DNA of 63,625 bases, counting the filler, from Choristocarpus tenellus KU-1152 (Eukaryota > Protista > Phaeophyceae): the NCBI GenBank assembly GCA_964200185.2. It is 11 parts of 11 records of this genome, joined end to end, with 100 filler letters (N's around TTAATTAATTAA, not from the genome) between each part and the next. Parts side by side here need not be neighbours in the genome. Positions count along the whole stretch, not along the records: positions 1 to 6,442 come from CAXNAD020008133.1; positions 6,543 to 15,703 come from CAXNAD020003928.1; 9 more parts are not named here. One strand, written 5' to 3'. Under the pieces are notes generated by a model, which saw nothing but the letters and a program-made list of their open reading frames with translations, had not been told where the DNA came from and did not search any database. Shown in pieces: positions 1-12,400 of this stretch. The translations under genes were made by a program, and so were the position numbers. The first letter of the stretch is position 1. Each line of letters begins with the position of its first letter.

Positions 1-1270
1 CTACCCCCCTCCTATACGCCCCCCCATATCCCTTCATACACTATAGGAATGTCTGGAAAGCCGATATACATTGAGGTTCCAGAGTTTTTGACAACATTTT
101 TCAAGATTTCTAGCACTGCGAAAGGAATGACCGGAAAAAGAGACTCTGCGCTACTGCTAAAGGAGTATCGGGAAGCCCTCAAGGTCAGATCAAAGACCGT
201 TGAGGATATTTTGGCACTTCTTTTCGCGCTAGATCTACTCCCACAATACATGGGTGACCTTGAGCAGTCCATACTGTAGATTTGTCAGAAGAACGTCTTC
301 ATTATTGAAATTGTTGTCATTAGAATGGCACTTGCCATCGATAAAGTGTAGATCGACTTTCTGAGTTTTTTCCTTTTGAGGATTAGTCGATGCTTGTGAA
401 CGAAGTTTTAAGACGTTTGTGCACCCTGTCTTCATGTTACATGAGGGGACTGGTGCCTAAGAGGAAAAAAAATGTATTGCACCAACATCTTGTCATTAAG
501 CATCTGTCATAGAGTTCTTCTCAAGGCTCTTGAGGTGTGGTCGAATCATAATCAACAACCTGGGCTTTCAGCAGGTTGACATCTGATCGAACACAGGATG
601 TAATATAACCTGAATTCCCCTTCAAATGAAAACCAATGTGTTAGTGCCTCTTATCAGAACTGACTCTTTTACAAGGTATCAGAGATGTCACAAATGATTT
701 AGCTTATCAGTGTGTGACCATTTGGACTCCATCCAGATAGATGTGAGTATTCTAGAAATTATTTCATGTTTGATTTACAGTAATTTAGAGAGAGAACTGG
801 ACAGGTACTTGGTACTCCAGAGTATCAAGGAAATCTGAGTACCACAGACAGATAGTGGGTGTGAATGGACTCTGACAAATTATGAAGTGGAAGACAGCCT
901 CAACTTTAGCACTTCCCTATAGTCCAATATACTACTCTTGTTGTATCACAGAAGGAGGTTGGATTGTGAAGTGGGAAGGAAAAAATATTCTCTAATGAAA
1001 AATTTTGGCCTGAAAGATCGTTGAGAATCAGAGGGCATTTCTTTTAATAAATACTTTAGAAAGGCCATGCACCATTGAGATAATGTAAAATTTTTCTTTG
1101 AACTTCTCTATCCTCAAAGCTCTCACTCGTAACATACATTGCGATGCCTACCTATTCCTCAAGGAGTAGCTACAACCTCCTTCCATTCCCCTTGTGGACT
1201 TGACGTTTTCCTGATATCCGCTGTCTGCCTCTTTGCATTCGTCACCAACTTGACAACCCTGTGATTACAG

Positions 1271-4200
1271 GCCCGCCTTGCCCAACAAGAGCAGGTTCGG
1301 CGTACACTGAAGGCAATGAGAGATTGTCCACCAAAGCGACCATTTACAGTAGATAGCGGCTTAGCCAGGTACAGCATGCGCTTTGGCTTGATGCACACAA
1401 CCATATTGTTGCTCTAACTACTCCTCTGTTGAAGGAAAAAAACAATATCAAGTGATCAAGCCATCATCCTATATCGATAAGTCTCGGCCTTAGAGTATCC
1501 CTAACAGCTCATGCTGCTGAAAAGGCTCCAGCAGCAGTAAACCACAGGCTTCTGGAAATAACGTAGACATCATATACATTCCTTCTAGGTATGAGATTAA
1601 TCGCATACACAACATATCACTAATAAATGACTGCAGACGCATCTCACAGAAGACCCTGTTTTGGCACACCAAGTAGCTATTCTGAGAGAACATGACATCT
1701 CAACCTTGGAAATGATCTATGCCTAGAAGAAGCACCACGGAACAAACAAGCAGGAGCTCAATTGAAACAACTTGCAAGTTTCCCTCTCTCCTCAGTCAGA
1801 GCTTTCCTCCCTTTGTTCTAAATCCTCTCGTCGTTGACTCCTATTTTACTCTGACCTGGAGCTAACGGCCAACATGTCCTCTGGCTTGATGCTGCACAAA
1901 ACTGTTCTATGAAGAGATAAGGAATTCGCAAAAATAGTCGTGCCCAGACAAGCCAATTGCAACCACCAATCCTTTCTATCGTCCTCTACTTGTTATTTCC
2001 GTCACCTGGTCTGGCCTCGCCTTAATTTTAACTACAACCCTAACCCTGACCCTAGTCCTAACCCTGGATACATTTTTTAGAGCCAAAGGCAAAGGAAAGT
2101 GGGGAGGGTGTCCTCACAATGGACACGTGGACATTGCAACACAGATTCGAACAAGAATTGCTGCGGCACAGGGGACATATCGCCTGGACCTCTCTACCTG
2201 GGCAGACAGAAAAAGGGGAAACTTCCTTCTGTCGAGGGTGCCACGAGTGGTGAGGATATCAGTATATACTCAGTCGTTTTCTCAACACGAAAAAAAGCGA
2301 CTACTACTCTGGAGAGGCATATCATTTAAGAGTGTTGATGTTTTGCCCGTGTCTGTCCGTTCAGGGCTTGAAATATTGTGGAAAAAAACACTTTTTGAAA
2401 CCCCTTTTTTTTATTCAAGAGTCAAAATATCTTAGAGGGTAGAGCCGCGTCCATTTGGGGTCAAAATACAATGTTGTGATTTTGATGCCATTTTGGCTAT
2501 AATGATTGTTAGGAAATGTAAAATCCTAGTTCCGGACACACCTTTGCAAAACATATACATTTTACCTACTCCGAAACATTTCAGAGTAGGTAAAATATTA
2601 AAAAAAACGTGGGAAGCCAAGTCCCCAATGGACAAACAGGGCAAAACTCGTATCCTCTAAGATACTTTCACTCTTAACCCTGTTCCGGATTTGGTTGAAT
2701 GCACAAGAATTGTCGATTTTGAAGTCCATTCTTTCAATTTACTCTGTTCTGGATTTGGTGACGTCAAAATCACAACGTGGAACAACTACCCTGAATGGAC
2801 ACCTGGCACTCCCTGTAAAATGGTATGGCTCTGGAGTAGTCTACTAACAATGGGTGGAAGAGGTGAAGGAATTGAGATGATTAGAAGCATCCTTCCTTAG
2901 CACACCTCTTTATACAAGTTGTGTGTATGCCATGAGAATAGCAAAGGTTGTACACCCTTTCAATGATGCAAATAATTATGCAGTCAATGCTGCCCAAAAG
3001 TGGAAGCATTACGGCTTTGTGAACATCTCCAAACACTATATATCTACATGGATATTGTGATGGTAGCATGCATAGATGAGTACCAGCTTTCATAGTAGGG
3101 CGGTGACAAAAAGAACCGCTGCCACAGTTCATTTCTGATTTGATGTAGAGACAAGAAGTCTTTAGTGTCCCAAGTAGACATGTGAAAAACTGAGACTTTT
3201 CACTGCCCAACTTTGCCAGGCTTACCAAGCATGAACCCGCGCAAAAATGTACTAGAGAGGTGCAAAAGGCGAGTCAACTTGAAACTGACCAACAGGTCAC
3301 CCAACTGGTCATTAACCCTTTGCCATTGTTCGTTCACTTCGTTCCAACAGGTGTACCGTTTGAAGTTCTTGACTGCACTGTGGCTTACAAACAACAATTT
3401 GAAAGTGCTTCCTACTCAAATCAAAGAACTGAAAAAGCTGAGGACGTTGGGAGTGGGCAAAAACTATATCACGAGGCGAGAATGCAGAGGTAGACGTACA
3501 GAGCCCTTCTAGACACTTAACAAGCGACCCTGCCCAATGCCTCCAGTCATGCAATAGAAACCACTTTATGCTCGTGCATTTAATGTACACTCCAGAGTAG
3601 ATGAAATTGCTCAACGGTGATAGGTATGCCCTAAAGGTCTGTGCTTGCATCATACGTCAAAGCTGTAGTACTAAATGTAGTGTGTTTGCATCTGTGCCAA
3701 AATAGTGACAGGTGAGAAAGAGGAAACTATTCTGCCCGATCATTTCAATAAACCAAAATATTTAATGTTCATCTTAACTCCTCTCTGATCGCCGCAAAAC
3801 TCCAGGAGTCTCTCCTCAAAGCTAAGTTTGACCAATCCCCACTCACTCCCGTTGCCACATATATCTCTTGAATACACAGGTTCCCAGCAGAGCTTGGCAC
3901 GCTACCTGATTTGAGGCATATATATGCCGAGAAGAACTGGCTCAGCTCATTACCTGCTGAGTTGGCCAACTGCAAGTAATGCACAGTAACCCTAACCCTG
4001 ATACTAACCCTAATGAAGGCAATAGCAACTGAGCAGCATTCAAAAAACATAAAGATTTCATACTCCAGCACCTATTGCTGTGATACAGTAGAAACACATC
4101 AGCAACCTTACAAGGCCATGCATACAACCAAATTGTAGTTTAATTAAAGCACAAGGTACACATCATGCATGTTGAAAAAGAAGGAGCATTTGAGGGTAGC

Positions 4201-4888
4201 AGGAGAGATTCCCCCCCTTATCAAAATCTCCTCGTGTTCAAATCTGTGGTGATGAGCTTATAGGATGTGTATTGACTCCTATCGACAGGGATACGTATGT
4301 ACTATGTGCTGATCCTCAAGTCCTTAGCCTCCATAGTTGCTCTTCGGCAACCACCATCCCCATAACAGTAAACACCCACCCTTGATATTGCACTGTGCCT
4401 GTTTTGCTCTAGATTCTGCTTTTCGTAGTAACCAAAAGTGTTTATCTAAAACGATCAAAAGCAACGCTCGAAGGAAAAACCCAACAGATTTTAGTGTTGT
4501 TTTTATGTACACTTTGCAACAATACAATAGATTAAAGATATTATAGTAGTTTAAAGAAGTCAGACTTAGGGCTAGGGCCGCCATTACCCATCTCCACCAA
4601 TGTAGCGATGTATCCTTTGATCCACACCCAACTGATGACATACACAAATGCCAAAACTCTTCACGCAAGCTTATTCGTGTTATCTGGCGGATCAAACTGC
4701 CCAGGGGTCTGAAGGAACTAAGGCTGGACAACAACCAGTTCTCTCGCTTGCCCAATTGCATAACAGAGTTGAGAGGCTTAGAGGTGCTGTCACTACAGGG
4801 AAACTCCATTGAAGTCCTACCTTCTGACTTGAAGTACTTGCGGTCCTTACTGGATTTGGACCTGGATAACAATCCCATAGGGCCAGAG
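1271..4888 (+). CDS. Leucine-rich repeat protein, multi-exon, partial at both ends
   Basis: Phase-compatible exons 1271-1368, 2081-2249, 3351-3475, 3880-3975 and 4705-4888 join to ...RLDLSTWADRKRGNFLLSRVPRV|VYRLKFLTALWLTNNNLKVLPTQIKELKKLRTLGVGKNYITR|FPAELGTLPDLRHIYAEKNWLSSLPAELANCK|GLKELRLDNNQFSRLPNCITELRGLEVLSLQGNSIEVLPSDLKYLRSLLDLDLDNNPIGPE. The repeats have a 23-aa LxxLxLxxNxL period. Confidence 0.88.
2419..2673 (+). mobile_element. MITE family A, full-length (255 bp), in an LRR gene intron
   Basis: TIRs GAGTCAAAATATCTTAGAGGGTA ... TATCCTCTAAGATACTTTCACTC. Similar copies occur elsewhere in the window. Confidence 0.85.
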
Positions 4889-5167
4889 GTGAGCCTGTTC
4901 TCGAATGTAAAGAGTAAATTGAGTAAAAGGCCACAGCGACATTCATTCCGAAATTCTGTCGCAATCTGAATGGGATCACACACAGAGAAGGTGAGAATAT
5001 AGGGTGGGGTGAGCGTACATGACAGCTACACCGTCAAAACAAGCCCCAAGACCTAGTGGAAGAACAAGGGGGCTTTTCTAAATTGAAGGGGGGTTTATCG
5101 GGATCAGTTGAAAGAGATCAATAAGTGTCCCTTTCAGGTATCTTGAAAACGTTCTGGGAACAGGTAC

Positions 5168-5368
5168 AGGCTTGAATTTATATATGATATACTGCTTCCA
5201 CTGAGCATTAGCGCAAGGTGAGAAGGGATCACTTTGATGGTAGACATAGGAACCAAAAATACATTATTTAGGCTTGAATTATACATGATATACTGCTTCC
5301 ACGGAGCATCATCGCAAAGGTGAGAAGGGGTCACTTTGGTGGTAGACATAAGAACCAAAAATATATTA
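5168..5368. repeat. Tandem duplication of ~100 bp (2 copies)
   Basis: aggcttgaatt...tatactgcttccac...ggtgagaaggg...ggtagacata.gaaccaaaaata occurs at 5168 and 5270. Confidence 0.85.
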
Positions 5369-6442
5369 GGAGAAAAAAATGGTTGACAATCCGTCCACAG
5401 CTCGGTTATGGAGGATAAGGAGTCGAGTTCACAGTTCTTTTAAAACGCTTGTCCTTCAGACAGCAGGAAAAAATATAAATGAGCAAGGTGCTCTCCAGAG
5501 GCAAGCAGTATGTGCTCCATCTAGGAGGAGTTGACTTGGAGAGGTTTTGGGAGAGTACTCTGCAGTAAATTGTAGTGTGCAACACAATGAGGGTGGGGGG
5601 TTTTAGGCCAGGTGGTCCATTCAGGGCTTGATGGGGTATTGTAAAACATCCCAGTTTGATGCCCATGTTACAGATGATTTTTCTTGGGGTTTGGTCCAGG
5701 CAGGGGGATGGAAAATGAAGGTGCACCCAGGTGAAGGAAATCGCCCTTAGATCTAGCAAGTTCAGATTTAGCAAGTTCACTCAAATGATACGAAGATGAC
5801 TACAGGGTCACAAAGGCCCACAATGATCACTTGATCCCCCCACTAGGATACTTTGTGCCTCTTTAACATTGAGTGAAGAGATGAAGTGCATAGGATTTGT
5901 AATAAATGTATCACCAAGGAAACGAAGGCACCTCTACTAGAGTTTTAGTCTTCAGGTGTCTAGGTGAACCACCTTCATACTCTGGGTCATGGAAAAGGTA
6001 GCTACACAGAAAGGTTGCCGATGCAGAAAGGGCTGAAAGGGGAGAGAACGAGGTATTCAAAGACTCCATGAATGACATCGTAGATGAGGTACAATGTGAA
6101 CATCGAGGTGTCCTTAGGCATTATTTTAGCCAATGTATTTGCGGGTCTGTTTTCACAGCCCAATGACAGACATCCTGTCTTCAATAGCGGTTCACAATTG
6201 AAACATCACATCCACTTTCAGTTCTCCTAACCCCTGAAACACGCTAGGTCCCAGAGCCTATCCTGCTCCTCGTAAACCTGGCTCGACTAAGCTTAGTCGG
6301 GACTAGAATCGGCTGCGAGAGCGGATCAATACTTGAGGAGAAACTTCGATTAGACACCTTGAGTATGAATTCTGCTGTACCATCCTCATTATCACCAATG
6401 CTTGGAGAGGAGGAGAAGCATGACGCGGGGGGGGGAGGGGGG

Positions 6443-6542
6443 NNNNNNNNNNNNNNNNNNNNNNNNNNNNNNNNNNNNNNNNNNNNTTAATTAATTAANN
6501 NNNNNNNNNNNNNNNNNNNNNNNNNNNNNNNNNNNNNNNNNN
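6443..6542. other. Artificial contig-join spacer (Ns + TTAATTAATTAA + Ns). Also at 15704-15803, 21839-21938, 27617-27716, 32680-32779, 36604-36703, 43453-43552, 48235-48334, 52788-52887 and 59163-59262
   Basis: The same 100-nt spacer with an all-frame stop linker occurs 10 times. Confidence 0.98.
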
Positions 6543-6614
6543 ACCCAAAAATCGCGACTTGAAAATATTGACCCCAAATGGACAGCCGCCACCCCCTCCC
6601 AGATACTTTGAGCC
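6543..6614 (-). mobile_element. MITE family B, terminal fragment at contig edge
   Basis: Reverse complement of GGCTCAAAGTATCTGGG...GTGGCGGCTGTCCATTTGGGGTCAAT. Confidence 0.8.
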
Positions 6615-9468
6615 ACATGTTGCCTCCACAGTGAACTTTTGATAAAACAAACTGGCTGAGTGTTCCCATAAGTGGCACTCTCAAACAAACCGTAACGTTT
6701 ACATATATATGTAGGTGTCAATCCTCAAAGAGGAAGATTCACCTTTATGTGTCAGCCCTGAACATCCTTGCTACATGTAGTTTTCACATGACATGTTGTC
6801 ATGAGTTCAGCTGGGGGGTGGCAAAACCATACAAACCTGCACTTTGCAGGTACTCTTTGAGTGGATATATTCTTGTCAAGAAAGTCCAGGGAGAGGGAAT
6901 GGCATCTCTACTTTGGCCAAACTTCTCTTGAAGAGAGAATTGGAAGTATTTTGTTGAGACTCGAAAGAAAGACTTGCTCCTGTTGCTGTATGCAGCCTCT
7001 ACCACAGGTTACGATTAACCAGTTTTTTCCCGGATTGACAAGATGCTGCCTGGACCAAAGTGGACAAAACCAAATGATCTGCCAAGAGCCTACTTGAGGA
7101 TGTGTCTCCTTCCACATGAGTGACTACAGGTATAGAGCATTTGCCCCTCATATATGAGTACATTGTTTACTCTCGGTGCCTGTTGTAGACAACTCTGGAG
7201 ATGCTGCGATCATGCCCAACCCCAGCCAGTGTTATCACCATTTGAGAGATGCCCCATTAAGCGTATTTGTAGGCAAGGGTGCAGCAATCGTCATAATGAA
7301 GGCGGTATTCCCAAATACACCTGTGGAATACAACGATTTTCCAGATCCCTCGGCCTAGTCAAAAAGTGCACATGTTGTGTGCATAAATGTAAACCATCCA
7401 TTATTTAGTTGTTTCAAGGCAATCATATCTTGTCTACACGACTGCAGGATCTGATGCCATTGCAGGTGTCAGCATTACTACCTCATCAATTGAATTATAA
7501 GGCTGCCCTAGTGGTTGTTTTGGGATGAGCAGAATATATATTTGTGGGGTGTGCCAGACCACAGCAGGTGTATAGTTCAAGGGGCGAATCGTATGCACTG
7601 CTCAAAGAAGTATATTTTATATTATGATTTTGCACAGAATAAGCAATGGTAGCACTGTTGAGATGGGTCCCTATGGCCATGGCCAATGGAAAGCACTGGA
7701 CATCCTATTACTTCCCAATGCTGGAAACATATGAGATGTCCTCAGGCATTCCCTGCTGCACCATTGAGGATGAACCATCATGACAGATCATTCTGTGAGT
7801 GTTCGTGTCATACGCCTCCACAATAGAGTCTTCCCATATATGACCAAATCAGTCTAAAGTTTGACCATGAAATGTGGTGGGTGGGTACATCGTACAAAAG
7901 TATCTACTACACTAACGAAATACAAATTGCCTTTGAATGTTTGCCATGATTCAGAGGTTTCATCTATCATGCGATACAATGCAGTCAGTCTAGAGTACAT
8001 CTGCAACCTATTTCCTTCTCTCTGAGAGACCACTTGCAAGGCATCAGGATGTTCTCAGGCAGGTATGTCGAGCAATGAGTGGATTCTTACGGAATGTTAT
8101 CCATTTGGTTGCTGCAACAACAGTAAAAGAGTGTAGATACAGTGACTTGCGTCCTGTGCATGCATATACTTCCAGATGCAACAGAGCAAAGTAATAGTTT
8201 TTTTTGGGGGGGGGATTAATCCAGTGTTTTTTTTCCTGTGCAAAAGAAATTAGCACATCAGCATTTAATATTACTTGCAATTATTATAGGAATACCTGCA
8301 TGCATAGCAGTAGGGTTTAGACTTCTGCCTTGCATGAAATAGTCTGCATATTTGGGAGAAGGGGTTTGAGTATCTCACCAACCAGTACTACCACCAATTT
8401 TTCCAGTGCAATAACTACACAATAGTTTGTGATCACATTCACACTGACATCCATGTACACACTTAGGAGGGGAGACCTACAAACCACACCTAGTCCTCCA
8501 TGACTAAACCACAGGCATGTCACTCAAGCAAAAGATTCAAATGCTCGAGGTTTGACTGTATATTCATGGTAGCGTAATGAGGACACTCTGAAACAAATGA
8601 AGTGTCAAGGCCTTTCCACCAAAGTACCAACTCCCACTCACTGCTTTGCATCACTAGTGTAAAAGGGAATGCAAAATCTCACTAACACTGCAATACAAAA
8701 AAAAAAATCAAGTGTTTGCAGGCTCCCATTGAGTGCTTACTTGAATGTTTTCACGTGGACTTTGACAGGAAAAATCCAAAGGAACATGGTATCAGAGGAT
8801 AACAGGAAAGGTGTCTCACAACCACAATGATGCTATCACACACCAGACAGGGTGCAAGCAAGGTGTGTTGGCAAAATGGCTCGAGTTTGAGCCTTAAGAG
8901 TATATTCTGGAGGGATGGATGTAGTCCTGGACTGGTCACAACCATTTTGTAATGAATGTCATCATGGTCACTTTTGTCTGTGGTGATCACATAGTCTACT
9001 AGAACTCCTGTGGTATTCAGGAATATTTGATTGCAGTGTCAAGCCACAGGAGTCTTTCCATGCTTGGAAGGGACTGGTACTGTGCGAGGTCCACTAAGTT
9101 GGAATTCTTTCAGTAGCTTTTGAGGGTATGATTAAGTATGACTAAGCAGTGCATACCTGAGGAACTTGAGCATTCTGATCCTACTCATGTTGACCACATT
9201 GCTGCTTCAAATGACTTGCCTGCTGAGTGCCAGCAGTGTTGCACATACAGGTTGTAGGTTGTCTTGACTGTGCCATTGACGTTCACAAAAATAAATTAAC
9301 TTTCTTGAGCTTGGCCAGTCACCACCCAAGCTCACTCTTGATAATAGTACATTCCACAAGCCTACCAAGGGGAGGGTCCATACAAAAGGTTGACCGATCA
9401 TGGTCCACAGTGTCTAAACAGGCCACAATTACACAATAATCCACTAAAAATGGGTGCAGCACTCTACT

Positions 9469-12400
9469 CTAGCATTGTTTTGAGTATCCCCACCGCTCAA
9501 GAAGGAGAAAAATCTCTTCCTCATCCTCCTTGTACATGCACTTCGCCCAATTTAAAGCGCGGACTGGCTCATTGGCACAAACAAGCATACCCAACCTTGT
9601 GCTGGGTTGGTTGAGACGAAGCAGGAACGGTGCTCGAGGTCCACAAAGCAGTAGGTTGCCTCTGAGTGTCCCCATAACCTCAATAAACCCTGGAGGGCGG
9701 CAATGCTCCCAAGGTCGCAAACTTCCAAGGGGATGTGGGCAGTCCCCACCATCAACGGAAAAGGCAGCTGTGACGTTGCGGTCAGCAGGTGCAGCATGTG
9801 AAGCCAGGAGGACCCTCTCCACCATGTCGCCCCGGCAGTAAACAGCATAGACAACAACTGGTGTGCATATATACAATGTGCCATATGACCAGCACATAGA
9901 GGTCACCTAGAACAGAAACACGGGTGGACCAAGGATTTGAAAACATCAAGCCAGAGCTGAGAGAGGTGAGTGAACAGACACCGACTTTGACAACCCCTTG
10001 ACAAAAAAATGAGGTATTCGTTGACAGGAGATAAATGTCACCTACCTCATCCTCCCCAGTTGGGCCAGTGGTCACGCTACCCAGCAGCTCAAGGGCAGAT
10101 CCTCCATTTACCAGGTATATATATACCCTGTTACTGCTGAACAGTGCACATCGCTTGGCATCCCAGTCCCAAGCAACAGCTGACACCTCAGGCATCAGTG
10201 GACTTGCTGGGGTCATTTCAGGCTCTGAATCCTCAACAATCCCATTCGCATATTTGAGGGCATAGAGCTGAACTGAACCTTGTGACTCCACCATTGCAGG
10301 CGCTGCTTTACTGTAACCCACTGATGCTGGCAGGGTGGAGGCATACAAACTGTGAGGGGACCCTTGCTCCATCTTTGCTGAGTGGCGGACCGAGTGAGCA
10401 CCACTATTGAGACCTGACTTCAAAGTCCCCTGTGCACTCACTGAAGTTTGTTTGTCCTCTGCAAGAAACCCCACGCCAAGCAACAAACCCCCATGAAGTG
10501 TTGAAGCATTTGAGGGCATCTCACACATTCCTAAACGGATCACATGTCCGCTGGCAATAGCCATGAAGGTCAGTGTCACACCATGGTCCTCTTCGGCAAC
10601 TTCCTTCCCCTAACAATTATCGAATATAGCATGCGAGAAAATCGATAGATGAATAGATAGATACCATATCGCCATACGAAATCAAGGGCAAGCCACATCA
10701 GTGACACACAACACTAGGCCTCTACCGTCAGGAAGGTTGCGCTAATGATGCAACCTTCTTCAATTACCTGTATTCAATGAAAACACAAGCAGTGAATACC
10801 AAACCACTTCACAAGCACAAACTCACATCGAAACCCGATATATACCCAAAGGTCAAATTCAAACATGAATGGAACAGTGCATTTGTCCCCTTCAATTAGG
10901 CCATTGTCCACAAACTGAACAAATCACAAGAGGGAATCCATGAAGCAAACATTGGAACAGCTTGAGTCGTACAATTAGCTGGAGCAACTAATATAGCAAT
11001 GATGGCTGCACCTTCTTTGTGATGGCATGCGGCAACTGTGTCTTCACCCTGTTAAGCACTGCAAAGGTCTGCTCCCTGTCACCAACCCAGGCGAGATCTG
11101 CACAGGTACCTCTACACAATTCTCCTGCAGTCAGGTCGTCCCCAGGGGCACTTTTTTCATGTGAAAGAAAGTATATTGTGTACGCCTGCACCTCATAGTT
11201 TACTGTAGCCAGCAATCTGATACCGTGTGAGGAAGCGCCAAGTGGTACAGGTGAGAATTTGGACAAAAGCAATTCCATTCAAATGTTCCGGTTGCTAAAT
11301 TGGGTCGGGATGCAATAAAGGGGCCAGCCAAGGCAAGGTATCTAAGGGATGCCCTATCTGTAGAATGCATGCATGTAGATGCTCTAAAATGCACACACAC
11401 ACCATACATATACACACGTATGAATAAATGAATAAATAGTAATGGGTGTAGCAAATGAAAGAGGATGTCTCTTCGCCTACTTTATGGGTGTAGCACAGGC
11501 AAGGTGGATGACCAATAAACTTGGATACAGAATCAACACAACATCATTTGTGTTGAGTTCACTGCTGACTACACACATCGCTTGTGAATACTGCATCACA
11601 TATCTGAACACCACCTATGTTTGGTACTGATTAAACAGGGAATATATCTGAGCTTTCTGCAGCAGCTTGCAATGGTTTCGACCATAGATGTATAAAGCAA
11701 AGACAAACACACAAGAAGCACAGCACCAGTCTCAGTACCTGCCTGAGGGGTGAAGCAGGATTCTCCTGCAGGAAGATGAGCTGGTGTTCACAAGATGGTC
11801 ATCGACTGCTCTGTCAGCAGGTTCAGAAGAACCTTCTGCCTTTGCAAGCTGTCGAGGTGGACCGAATCGAGGCTTGAACAAATTTTCTTGTAGGACCTCA
11901 GTGGACGCACTCAGTTGCGGAGACATATTCTGCTCTGAGGCAGAGCTTTGAATGTTTTCACCTGAGGAAGACACATGTTAGTTTAAAATGTACTTCAAAG
12001 GTGACCTTGCAAGGACAAGTTCTAGTTTTGGTGACCTTCAGGAAATCCCCATCGTTCATCACTGACCACAACATTTTATAAAGATCTGACGCATACAACT
12101 GGGCAGCAGTGAAGAGCATACTTGTTGGGTACAACTTGTAGTATTTTGTGTTGATGAGAGAAAATATATATATTCTTGTTGTCAATCAGTTTGCATACAC
12201 ACATACACACAAACACATACACACACAGGAGATGTAACATTGGTCTTGACCTGTAATCACATCCATGCAGCTTAAGCCATCATGATAGCATGAGAGCACA
12301 GTGCTTCCAAACAATGGGTGATAGGCATACATCTGCGTGTTGACTGGCTGAAGGGAGAGCACAATGACGCCCACCCTTGACCCGCAAATAAGCAAGTGCT

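Noticed and set aside
1271-4888. Exon-shuffling ROCO-type LRR immune gene
   Set aside because: Exons are not uniform one-repeat modules, and no ROC/COR domain is visible in this contig.
4324-4983. 219-aa minus-strand ORF
   Set aside because: Antisense to an LRR exon and running into the intron.
5400-6420. Coding-like decayed sequence (also 1-430, 6750-7850, 34314-35350, 56130-57080 and 58600-59130)
   Set aside because: Probably TE relics, but no diagnostic motif could be recognised.
6487-6498. Recurrent TTAATTAATTAA palindrome as a biological motif
   Set aside because: It is always centred in N runs, so it is an assembly linker.
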